Below are positions 52,160-61,089 of a stretch of DNA of 64,000 nt, in pieces (position 1 is the stretch's first letter; every line of letters starts with the position of its first letter). Source of the DNA: Escherichia coli (lineage in GTDB: Bacteria; Pseudomonadota; Gammaproteobacteria; Enterobacterales; Enterobacteriaceae). The notes beneath the pieces were generated by a model. It had not been told where the DNA came from. It did no database searches and saw nothing but the letters and a program-made list of their open reading frames with translations. Where the stretch lies: assembly GCF_022846255.1 (NCBI RefSeq), contig NZ_AP025682.1. One strand, written 5' to 3'. Position numbers and translations under genes: made by a program.

Positions 52160-52183
52160 CTTACTCACAGCGACATCGTAAAG

Positions 52184-53134
52184 TTACAACCAGTTCTTCC
52201 GCTTAAAGTAGAGATACGGTGCCAGGCCCGCGAGGATCATAAAGATAATCGCGCCTGGGTAGCCGAAGCTCCACTTCAGTTCTGGCATAAACTCAAAGTT
52301 CATCCCGTAGCTGGAAGCAACCAGCGTCGGCGGCAGGAACACGACGGATACCACCGAGAAGATTTTGATGATGCGGTTCTGCTCGATATTGATAAAGCCC
52401 ATCGCCGCCTGCATCAGGAAGTTCACCTTCTGGAACAGGGATTCGTTATGCGGCAGCAGGGATTCGATATCTCGCAGGATTTCACGCGCCTGCTCCAGTT
52501 GCCCACCCGGTAAACGCGCCTTGCGTACCAGGAAGTTGAGCGCACGCTGGGTATCCATCAGACACAGGCGAACTTTCCAGCCGATATCTTCCAGTTCCGC
52601 CAGCGTAGAGAGCGCTTCGTCATACTCATCGCCCTGATGCCCTTCCATAATCACCCGGCTCAACTGCTCCAGGTCGCTATAGATATTTTCAATTTCATCT
52701 GCCAGCTGTTCGATTTTGGTTTCGAACAGATCCAACAGCAGCTCGTAGGCGTTACCGTCTACCATCGACTGGCTACGGGCACGCATACGATACAGACGAA
52801 AAGCGGGCAGTTCACGCTCACGCAAAGTAAACAGACGACCATCACGGATGGTAAATGCCACAGTGGAGTTACCGGCGTGATCTTCCGCATCTTCAAAGAA
52901 GAAGAAGGAGTGAATATGCAGGCCGTCATCGTCTTCAAAGAAACGTGCCGATGCTTCGATGTCTTCCAGTTCCGGGCGGGTTGCCAGGCTCTGGCCAAGT
53001 TCAGATTGTACGCGCAGTCGCTCGTCGTCGTCCGGTTCGACAAGATCAATCCATACTGCATTTACAAGGGGTTGTGACTCTTCGACTTCCAGCCGGGTCA
53101 GTCGGTTATTTTCCAGTTGAAATGCGCTCAGCAT
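52184..53134 (-). CDS. corA: magnesium/cobalt transport protein CorA
   Basis: 316-aa product from [16 protein letters not shown]; C-terminal YGMNF motif present. Confidence 0.95.
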   Translation of the reverse strand: MLSAFQLENNRLTRLEVEESQPLVNAVWIDLVEPDDDERLRVQSELGQSLATRPELEDIEASARFFEDDDGLHIHSFFFFEDAEDHAGNSTVAFTIRDGRLFTLRERELPAFRLYRMRARSQSMVDGNAYELLLDLFETKIEQLADEIENIYSDLEQLSRVIMEGHQGDEYDEALSTLAELEDIGWKVRLCLMDTQRALNFLVRKARLPGGQLEQAREILRDIESLLPHNESLFQKVNFLMQAAMGFINIEQNRIIKIFSVVSVVFLPPTLVASSYGMNFEFMPELKWSFGYPGAIIFMILAGLAPYLYFKRKNWL

Positions 53135-53503
53135 GACCGGGACTCCCAATGCTTAAAATATCGGACAGTTCGGTGGGCACACAGAAACAAATTGGGTTTC
53201 AGACCATTAAACAGCCTGACTCAGCGCGACGGGAAAAATTGAGGTCGCTGACAACCGCTAAGGCTATCAGCAAAAAGGGATAGCCTTAGGAGTTGATCCT
53301 GGATGACAGGATAGTGAGCCAGTATCTACTGGGTGTGTCCAAGGCGAATGTCCTCTTAGAGTGATCGTGCGCGCATGTTACGCCAGCAAAATTTTGCCGT
53401 CAACACGCAACAGAACACCACAGAACAATAGTTGAACTTCGCGCTTTTTGGTACTCGTCAAGGTCGCTAACAGGATAAAAAAATCCCACATCCAGGACCT
53501 ATA

Positions 53504-54268
53504 ATGGCGCATCGGCTACTCATTGGTAAAGGAATGATCACCTTGAATCTCAAACGGATTTTTCTCGCCCTCACCTTACTTCCCTTGTTTGCTGTTGCCG
53601 CTGATGATTGCGCACTCTCAGATCCGACGCTGACCGTACAGGCGTATACCGTTAATACTCAAACAGAGCGGGTGAAAATGTACTGGCAAAAAGCCAATGG
53701 CGAAGCGTGGGGAACGTTACATGCGCTGCTGGCGGATATGAATAGTCAGGGTCAGGTGCAGATGGCGATGAACGGCGGCATCTATGATGAAAGCTATGCG
53801 CCGCTCGGTTTGTACATCGAAAACGGTCAGCAGAAGGTGGCGTTAAATCTCGCTTCAGGTGAAGGGAATTTCTTTATTCGTCCTGGCGGCGTGTTTTATG
53901 TCGCGGGAGATAAAGTCGGCATCGTTCGTCTGGATGCCTTTAAAACCAGTAAAGAGATTCAGTTTGCGGTGCAGTCAGGGCCATTGTTGATGGAAAACGG
54001 TGTAATTAATCCGCGTATTCATCCCAACGTCGCCTCACGTAAAATTCGTAACGGTGTTGGGATTAATAAACATGGGAACGCCGTGTTTTTGTTGAGCCAG
54101 CAGGCGACAAATTTTTATGATTTTGCCTGTTATGCCAAAGCAAAACTGAACGTTGAGCAGCTGCTTTATCTTGATGGCACAATTTCACATATGTATATGA
54201 AAGGCGAGGCAATCCCGTGGCAACGCTATCCTTTTGTCACCATGATTTCCGTCGAGCAGAAAGGTTAA
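53504..54268 (+). CDS. yigE: DUF2233-domain periplasmic protein YigE
   Basis: 254-aa ORF with signal peptide. Confidence 0.85.
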   Translation: MAHRLLIGKGMITLNLKRIFLALTLLPLFAVAADDCALSDPTLTVQAYTVNTQTERVKMYWQKANGEAWGTLHALLADMNSQGQVQMAMNGGIYDESYAPLGLYIENGQQKVALNLASGEGNFFIRPGGVFYVAGDKVGIVRLDAFKTSKEIQFAVQSGPLLMENGVINPRIHPNVASRKIRNGVGINKHGNAVFLLSQQATNFYDFACYAKAKLNVEQLLYLDGTISHMYMKGEAIPWQRYPFVTMISVEQKG

Positions 54269-54350
54269 ACATTGTACACTCGAGGAGGCCAGACAAACTG
54301 GGGCTGGCTACACAGCTGGAAAATCATCAGATAAATGAAGGGAAACAAAA

Positions 54351-55253
54351 ATGAAAAAAACGCTCGCAACATTATTTTTATTAACCTGTCTGGGGTCATC
54401 ATCCGCTTATGCGGATAACGCTTTGATTTTACAAACGGATTTTAGCCTGAAAGATGGTGCCGTCTCGGCGATGAAAGGGGTCGCTTTCGGCGTTGACCAT
54501 AATCTTAAAATATTTGATTTAACACACGAAATTCCACCGTATAACATCTGGGAAGGCGCTTACCGCCTGTATCAGACTGCCAATTACTGGCCGCAAGGTT
54601 CGGTGTTTGTTAGCGTGGTCGATCCTGGTGTTGGTACAGAGCGTAAATCGGTAGTGCTGAAAACCAAAAATGGTCAGTACTTCGTTTCACCAGATAACGG
54701 TACGCTCACGTTGGTGGCGGAATCGCTGGGTATTGAGAGCGTCCGGCAAATCGATGAAAAAACCAACCGTCTGAAAGGTTCCGAAAAGTCATATACCTTC
54801 CACGGTCGTGACGTGTATGCCTACACCGGTGCACGTCTGGCTTCCGGGGCGATCACGTTCGAGCAGGTGGGGCCAGAGCTTCCTGCAAAAGTTGTCGAAC
54901 TTTCTTATCAGAAAGCCAAAGCAACAAAAGGTGAAGTGAAGGGCAATATCCCGATTCTCGATATTCAGTACGGCAACGTCTGGAGCAATATCAGCGACGA
55001 GTTGCTGAATCAGGCAGGAATCAAACTCAACGACACGTTGTGTGTGACCATTTCCGAAGGTTCCCAGCAAAAATACGCAGGGAAAATGCCGTATGTCGCA
55101 AGCTTCGGCGATGTGCCGGAAGGCCAGCCGATGGTGTATCTGAACAGCTTATTGAATGTTTCCGTGGCGCTGAATATGGATAATTTCGCGCAGAAACATC
55201 AGGTTGCGTCTGGTGCTGACTGGAATATTGATGTGAAGAAGTGCGCTAAGTAA
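54351..55253 (+). CDS. DUF62-family SAM hydroxide adenosyltransferase-like protein with N-terminal signal peptide
   Basis: 300 aa; motifs TDFS, VVDPGVGTER, SPDNG, TFHGRDVY, QYGNV parallel the archaeal/bacterial SAM hydrolase (fluorinase/chlorinase) fold; N-terminus MKKTLATLFLLTCLGSSSAYA is a Sec signal peptide. Confidence 0.8.
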   Translation: MKKTLATLFLLTCLGSSSAYADNALILQTDFSLKDGAVSAMKGVAFGVDHNLKIFDLTHEIPPYNIWEGAYRLYQTANYWPQGSVFVSVVDPGVGTERKSVVLKTKNGQYFVSPDNGTLTLVAESLGIESVRQIDEKTNRLKGSEKSYTFHGRDVYAYTGARLASGAITFEQVGPELPAKVVELSYQKAKATKGEVKGNIPILDIQYGNVWSNISDELLNQAGIKLNDTLCVTISEGSQQKYAGKMPYVASFGDVPEGQPMVYLNSLLNVSVALNMDNFAQKHQVASGADWNIDVKKCAK

Positions 55254-55260
55254 GTTACTG

Positions 55261-55300
55261 ATGCCGGATGCGGTGTGGCGCACCGCATCCGGCAACGGAA
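55261..55300. repeat. REP-type palindrome
   Basis: GCCGGATGCGGTG-TGGCG-CACCGCATCCGGC, a perfect 13-bp inverted repeat with REP consensus. Confidence 0.75.
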
Positions 55301-55307
55301 TCGTAAA

Positions 55308-57470
55308 TTATACCGTCTCCAGTCGGGCGTAAGCCGCCACCAGCCATTTAATACCCTGGCCCTGGAACGCCACCTGCAAACGGCTATGCTCACCGCTGCC
55401 TTCCATATTGACGATGGTGCCTTCACCAAACTTAGCGTGGCGTACGCGCTGGCCGAGCTTGTAGCCGCTGTCGTTCTCGACCATCGGCGTACCCATCCGT
55501 TGATGGCTGACCGGGCGGCTTACCGTGGCGCGCAGGCGCACCTCTTCCACACACTCTTCCGGCAACTCACCGATAAAGCGCGACGGGCGATGGTAAACCT
55601 CTTTGCCATATAGACGGCGGGTTTCCGCGTAGGTCAGCGTCAGTTTCTGCATCGCGCGGGTTACGCCAACGTAGGCCAGACGGCGTTCTTCTTCCAGACG
55701 CCCGCCTTCATCCAGCGACATCTGGCTTGGGAACATGCCCTCTTCCATACCAACGATAAACACCTGCGGGAATTCCAGACCTTTCGCCGAGTGTAGCGTC
55801 ATCAACTGCACAGCATCCTGCCAGGTATCCGCCTGCCCCTCGCCCGCTTCCAGCGCCGCATGGGAGAGGAATGCCTGCAGCGGCATTAAATCTTCGTCTT
55901 CTTCGTTGTAGCTGAACTGGCGCGTTGCCGTCACCAGTTCCTCTAAGTTTTCGATACGCGTCTGACCTTTTTCGCCCTTCTCCTGCTCGTACATGGTGCG
56001 CAGGCCGGAGTCTTTAATTACCCGGTCAGTCTGTACATGCAGCGGCATATCGGCAGTTTCCTGCGCTAAGGCGTCGATTAATTCCATAAATCGCTGTAAG
56101 GCGCTGGCAGCACGTCCGGCGAGGGCTTTTTCCTGCAACAGTTCACGGCACGCTTGCCACAGCGTTAACTGTCGATCGCGCGATGCCTGACGTACCACGT
56201 CCAGCGTCCGGTCACCAATACCCCGCGTTGGCGTATTCACCACACGCTCAAAGGCCGCGTCGTCGTTACGGTTGGCAATCAGGCGTAAATACGAGAGCGC
56301 ATCTTTGATTTCCTGGCGTTCGAAGAAGCGCATCCCGCCGTAAATACGGTACGGCATACTCGCCTGCAACAGTGCTTCTTCCAGCACGCGCGACTGGGCG
56401 TTGCTGCGGTAGAGAATGGCGCACTCGGCAAGCGCCCCACCATTGTCCTGCCAGGTTTTGATGCGGTTAACGACAAAACGCGCTTCGTCGAGTTCGTTAA
56501 AAGCGCAATAGAGGGAAATCGGCTCACCGTCCGCGCCATCGGTCCACAACTTTTTACCCAAACGCCCGTTGTTGTTTTCAATCAGGGCGTTAGCGGCGCT
56601 CAGAATGTTGCTAGTGGAGCGGTAGTTTTGCTCCAGACGAATGGTTTCGGCACCGGGGAAATCATTGAGGAAACGCTGAATATTCTCTACCTGCGCCCCA
56701 CGCCAGCCGTAGATTGACTGGTCGTCATCGCCAACGATCATCACTTTGCCAGTATCGCCCGCCAGCAGGCGGATCCACGCGTACTGAATGTTGTTGGTAT
56801 CCTGGAATTCGTCCACCAGGATGTTAGTAAAACGTTCGCGGTAGTGTTGCAGGATATGCGGCTTGTTAAGCCACAGTTCGTGGGCGCGTAGCAGTAGTTC
56901 AGCGAAGTCTACCAGGCCCGCGCGGTCGCACGCTTCCTGATACGCCTGGTACACCTTCTGCCAGGTCTGCTCCACCGGATTACCGTAGCTTTGAATATGA
57001 TGCGGACGCAGCCCTTCATCTTTCTGGCTGTTGATGTACCACATTGCCTGGCGCGGCGGCCACTGCTTCTCGTCGAGGTTCATGGCTTTGATCAGACGCT
57101 TAAGCAGGCGCAACTGGTCTTCGCTGTCGAGGATCTGGAAATCCTGCGGCAGGTTGGCGTCCATATGGTGCGCACGCAGCAGACGGTGTGCCAGCCCGTG
57201 GAAAGTGCCGACCCACATACCGCCCTGGCTGGTACCCATCAGTTGCCCGATACGATGGCGCATTTCCGCCGCCGCTTTGTTGGTAAATGTCACCGCCATA
57301 ATCGAGTACGGCGAGCAGTTTTCCACGCTCATCAGCCAGGCGATACGATGCACCAGTACGCGCGTCTTACCACTGCCCGCGCCCGCCAGCACCAAAAGGT
57401 TGCTGCGTGGCGCGGCCACCGCTTCGCGCTGTTTGTCATTAAGGCTGTCGAGCAGGTAAGAAACGTCCAT
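55308..57470 (-). CDS. uvrD: DNA helicase II
   Basis: 720-aa product from MDVSYLLDSLNDKQREAVAAPRSNLLVLAGAGSGKTRVL; the ORF track extends 62 codons upstream over the LexA box. Confidence 0.95.
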   Translation of the reverse strand: MDVSYLLDSLNDKQREAVAAPRSNLLVLAGAGSGKTRVLVHRIAWLMSVENCSPYSIMAVTFTNKAAAEMRHRIGQLMGTSQGGMWVGTFHGLAHRLLRAHHMDANLPQDFQILDSEDQLRLLKRLIKAMNLDEKQWPPRQAMWYINSQKDEGLRPHHIQSYGNPVEQTWQKVYQAYQEACDRAGLVDFAELLLRAHELWLNKPHILQHYRERFTNILVDEFQDTNNIQYAWIRLLAGDTGKVMIVGDDDQSIYGWRGAQVENIQRFLNDFPGAETIRLEQNYRSTSNILSAANALIENNNGRLGKKLWTDGADGEPISLYCAFNELDEARFVVNRIKTWQDNGGALAECAILYRSNAQSRVLEEALLQASMPYRIYGGMRFFERQEIKDALSYLRLIANRNDDAAFERVVNTPTRGIGDRTLDVVRQASRDRQLTLWQACRELLQEKALAGRAASALQRFMELIDALAQETADMPLHVQTDRVIKDSGLRTMYEQEKGEKGQTRIENLEELVTATRQFSYNEEDEDLMPLQAFLSHAALEAGEGQADTWQDAVQLMTLHSAKGLEFPQVFIVGMEEGMFPSQMSLDEGGRLEEERRLAYVGVTRAMQKLTLTYAETRRLYGKEVYHRPSRFIGELPEECVEEVRLRATVSRPVSHQRMGTPMVENDSGYKLGQRVRHAKFGEGTIVNMEGSGEHSRLQVAFQGQGIKWLVAAYARLETV

Positions 57471-57518
57471 TGGCACCGCCGCGTAAAAATAGGTTGGGCG
57501 GAGAAGCGCAACGCCCTC

Positions 57519-57534
57519 CGCCAAAAAGCTGGGT
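57519..57534 (-). promoter_or_regulatory. LexA (SOS) box in the uvrD promoter
   Basis: Reverse complement CTGTATATATACCCAG matches the CTGT-N8-ACAG LexA consensus. Confidence 0.85.
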
Positions 57535-57553
57535 ATATATACAGATTTGCTGA

Positions 57554-58270
57554 TTATATCAGCGAGGTCAGAGATGCCAACCGGGAAATTTCCAGATGCG
57601 GGAGTAAACGGCTGTCCCAGGTTTGCATCAGATCGCCATTTTCCGGTCTGATCCAACAGGCCTGCATTCCGCTTCGAATTGCCCCACCCACGTCAGTGGT
57701 GAGATCGTCCCCAACATGTAAGATCTTGCCGATCGGCACGTTGAGTTTTTCCGCCGCCAGGAAGTACATATCGCTGAACGGTTTTGAGCGCCCGTGCGGG
57801 CCAGCACGCAGCACAAACTCAAAATAATCCCCCAAACCAAACAGCTCCGGCTGGGCGTTACCGTTGGTGATCGCCACCAGCGGCCATTTCTTCGCCAGCT
57901 GTTTTAAGGTGTCGTGCGTTTGCTGCGGAACGTCGATCCGGCTACGCCATTTGGCAAAGTTGATCATTGCCGCGTGTGCGCCTGCACTGGCTTCTTCTGC
58001 GCTCAGCCCGGCGTCGAGCATCGCTTGTTCTATTGAGCGAAAACGCCAGCGCGTCACATCATGATAAATCTCGGGTTCCGCTTCCCGTACCGCCTGACGC
58101 AGACGTTGCAGATCTTCATTCTGGAAGCTGCGCAGCGCCGGATGGTAATTTTGCACAAAGGTAAGCGCCTCCTGCTCAGTGCGCAAAATCACCGGACGGT
58201 TATCGTAAAGGGTATCATCCAGGTCAAAGGTGAGCGCCGAGATGCGCCCCAAAGGCCGGTAAAAACGCAT
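57554..58270 (-). CDS. yigB: HAD-family phosphatase YigB
   Basis: 238-aa ORF with HAD motif I ([13 protein letters not shown]). Confidence 0.9.
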   Translation of the reverse strand: MRFYRPLGRISALTFDLDDTLYDNRPVILRTEQEALTFVQNYHPALRSFQNEDLQRLRQAVREAEPEIYHDVTRWRFRSIEQAMLDAGLSAEEASAGAHAAMINFAKWRSRIDVPQQTHDTLKQLAKKWPLVAITNGNAQPELFGLGDYFEFVLRAGPHGRSKPFSDMYFLAAEKLNVPIGKILHVGDDLTTDVGGAIRSGMQACWIRPENGDLMQTWDSRLLPHLEISRLASLTSLI

Positions 58271-59166
58271 TATTTCCCCCGTTTGGCGCGTGGATGCGCC
58301 GCATCGTACACCGAGGCAAGGTGTTGAAAATCAAGATGAGTATAGATTTGCGTGGTAGAAAGGTTGGCATGACCCAGCAGCTCCTGTACACCACGAAGAT
58401 CACCGCTCGACTCCAGCATATGCGTAGCGAACGAGTGACGTAATTTATGCGGGTGAACGTGATTATTCAGCCCTTGTTTGATGCCCCATTCGGCAAAGCG
58501 TTTCTGCACATTACGCGCGGAGATACGCTTGCCCAGTTTCGACAGAAAAAGCGCGTCGTCTTCGCTACCAAACAGGTCGCGCAAATCAAGCCAGTGCTCA
58601 ATCCACGCCACAGCGTTGCGACCAATCGGCAGGCGGCGCTCTTTGCTGCCTTTCCCCATCACCCACACTTCGCCGGACTCCAGGTCGAGGTGTTTGATAT
58701 CGAGCCCCACCAGTTCGGAAAGACGCAGACCCGCACCGTACATTACTTCCAGCATTGCCCGATCGCGCACGGCGAGGGGATCGTTGATATCAATATCCAG
58801 CAGCCGATTTATATCATCGACGTCGATATTTTTCGGCAGATGACGCGGCGCTTTCGGTGCCGAAACACCTTTCGCCGGGTTAGCTTTGAGTTCGTTCTGG
58901 CTGACCAGCCAGTCAAAAAAGCTACGTAGCGCAGAAAGCCGTAACGCCAGACTTGCTGCTCCCAGCCCTTTACGGCGACTGCGTACAGCAAAATTGCGTA
59001 CCATCGTCACATCACATTGCTGCCAGCTTTGCAGGCCGTTTTCGCTGGCAAAATGGATGATCGCCTCAAGCTGTCGCTGGTAGTTAAGCAGGGTTATCGG
59101 GCTAAGCTGGCGCTCCACACTCAGATAACGTAGGTAGCGTTCTACATCGGTGTGTAAATCGGTCAT
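58270..59166 (-). CDS. xerC: tyrosine site-specific recombinase XerC
   Basis: 298-aa ORF with R..HxxR..Y catalytic pattern ([13 protein letters not shown]...TQIYTH). Confidence 0.95.
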   Translation of the reverse strand: MTDLHTDVERYLRYLSVERQLSPITLLNYQRQLEAIIHFASENGLQSWQQCDVTMVRNFAVRSRRKGLGAASLALRLSALRSFFDWLVSQNELKANPAKGVSAPKAPRHLPKNIDVDDINRLLDIDINDPLAVRDRAMLEVMYGAGLRLSELVGLDIKHLDLESGEVWVMGKGSKERRLPIGRNAVAWIEHWLDLRDLFGSEDDALFLSKLGKRISARNVQKRFAEWGIKQGLNNHVHPHKLRHSFATHMLESSGDLRGVQELLGHANLSTTQIYTHLDFQHLASVYDAAHPRAKRGK

Positions 59167-59870
59167 ACGCGTTCAATCCAACGCGCCAGAAGCTCCGGCA
59201 ACATCAGTGCAATTTCATGAAGTAACTGCGTTCCCTGCCCTTGTTGATAGTGACTGGCATCGCGACTGGTAAACAGCACAACACCCAAATCAGCATCGCT
59301 TCCCAGCATCGACATCGCCACCGATCCCACCGCTTTCGCTTCCGGTAGCACCACCAGAAGCTCCGGTCCGTTAAGCGGCCCCAGATAGTGCTGTTCCTGC
59401 CCCAGACGCTGAATACGCAGCGGTTCGAAAGACTGACGGCTTAATGCCAGATGAGTGTAGTTCGACGGCGCACCTAAGCGCCAGCGATCCGGAAACAGGC
59501 GCAGACTCGCACCTGCCAGGCCGAGATCGCGCGCCCAGCGGTGAAAGCGCATCAGCATATCATCGAGACTGCTGGCGGCGGTGAGACTGCGCTGCAGGTA
59601 GAGTAGACGATAAAACAGGCCTTCGTTGGCGATTGCCTGTTCCATCAACAGCGCCATGTTCTCTTCCAGAACATGAATATGATTACGTGCGCGGGCCATG
59701 TGCCACTCGACCAACGAAACGGTGCCGCGTACCGGATGCGGCACACGTATCGCTTCTACTGCGCGCGCATTGCGGATAAAAAACTCAGGATTTTTAATCA
59801 GATAATCGACAACCGCCCGGTCATCAAGCTCCGTGAGTGTTTCCTGCAGTTCTTCCCCTGGTTGCTTCAT
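59163..59870 (-). CDS. yigA: DUF484-family protein YigA
   Basis: 235-aa ORF; 4-nt overlaps with both xerC and dapF. Confidence 0.88.
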
Positions 59871-60691
59871 AGATGAATAAATCCGTCGTAGACATGTACC
59901 GCCGGGCCAGTCATATATAACGGGTGACCCGGACCTTTCCAGGCGATATCAAGACGACCGCCGGGGAGTTCCACGCGTACTTCTTCGGCCAGCAAACCTT
60001 GCTGAATCCCTACCGCCACCGCCGCACATGCGCCGCTGCCGCAGGCCTGGGTTTCTCCTGCCCCACGCTCATAAACGCGTAAACGAATATGCTCGCGCTT
60101 AACCACTTGCATAAAACCGATATTGGCGCGCTCCGGGAAACGTTCGTGGCTTTCCAGAACAGGACCAAGCGTTTCTACCGCCGCGGTATCGACATCATCG
60201 ACCTGAATCACGCAATGCGGATTTCCCATCGACACCACGCCGCATAAGATTGTCTGCTCGGCGGCGCGCATAATATAGGTCTTTTCCGCTTTGTTAGCGC
60301 GAAACGGCACGGCAGAAGGTTCGAAGTTGGGTTCGCCCATATTTACGCGGACCAGATCATCATCGGTGACGGTAAGAACCATCCGCCCGTTGGCGGTGCT
60401 GACGCGGATATCGCGCTTATTGGTCAGCCCTTTCAGACGCACAAAACGGGCAAAGCAGCGTGCTCCGTTGCCACACTGCGCCACTTCACTGCCATCAGCA
60501 TTGAAAATGCGATAGTGAAAATCCAGTTCAGGATCATACGGCGGCTCAACCACCAGCAGTTGGTCAAACCCTACCCCCAGGTGCCGATCAGCCAGGCGAC
60601 GAATCAGCTCCGGTGAAAAAAAGACATTCTGCGTTACCGCGTCGACGACCATAAAATCGTTGCCAAGGCCATGCATTTTCGAGAACTGCAT
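59867..60691 (-). CDS. dapF: diaminopimelate epimerase
   Basis: 274-aa product from [17 protein letters not shown]; catalytic Cys motifs present. Confidence 0.95.
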
Positions 60692-60727
60692 CATTTACTC
60701 CAATCACGCGGGTACAGAAACTGACTT

Positions 60728-60931
60728 TTAGTAATTCACCTGGGATGGACCATCGCCAGTGGCGCGGTCGTTTTTATCCGGCACCGTGGATTGCGTTTGC
60801 GTCTCTACCGGTTTGGTCGGCGGCGGTGCGTTTTTATCTGCAGGCGGGAAATAGAGCGGACCTTTCAGACCGCAGCCCGTCAGGCTGAAGAGAGTAAGTA
60901 ATACAGTGAGTGCCTTAAACACGTTTTTCAT
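60728..60931 (-). CDS. yifL: small lipoprotein YifL
   Basis: 67 aa with lipobox LTGC. Confidence 0.88.
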   Translation of the reverse strand: MKNVFKALTVLLTLFSLTGCGLKGPLYFPPADKNAPPPTKPVETQTQSTVPDKNDRATGDGPSQVNY

Positions 60932-61089
60932 TATGGATTGCCTGTAAAGTTCATCGCTTTCTGCTTTCTATCATCGCAGGAGAAGGCGTAAAAGCAAGCG
61001 TTTAGCGACTCTTTATGAAGTCTGAAAAGTGAGGAAATGCTGCGAGTATAACGCTTACTCGTGGCGATTTATGTTTTGCTGGTAGTTTC

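Noticed and set aside
58270-59166. Tyrosine recombinase as a possible prophage or island integrase
   Set aside because: It is chromosomal XerC in its conserved dapF-yigA-xerC-yigB-uvrD operon context; no phage genes, att-like repeats or tRNA target adjacent.
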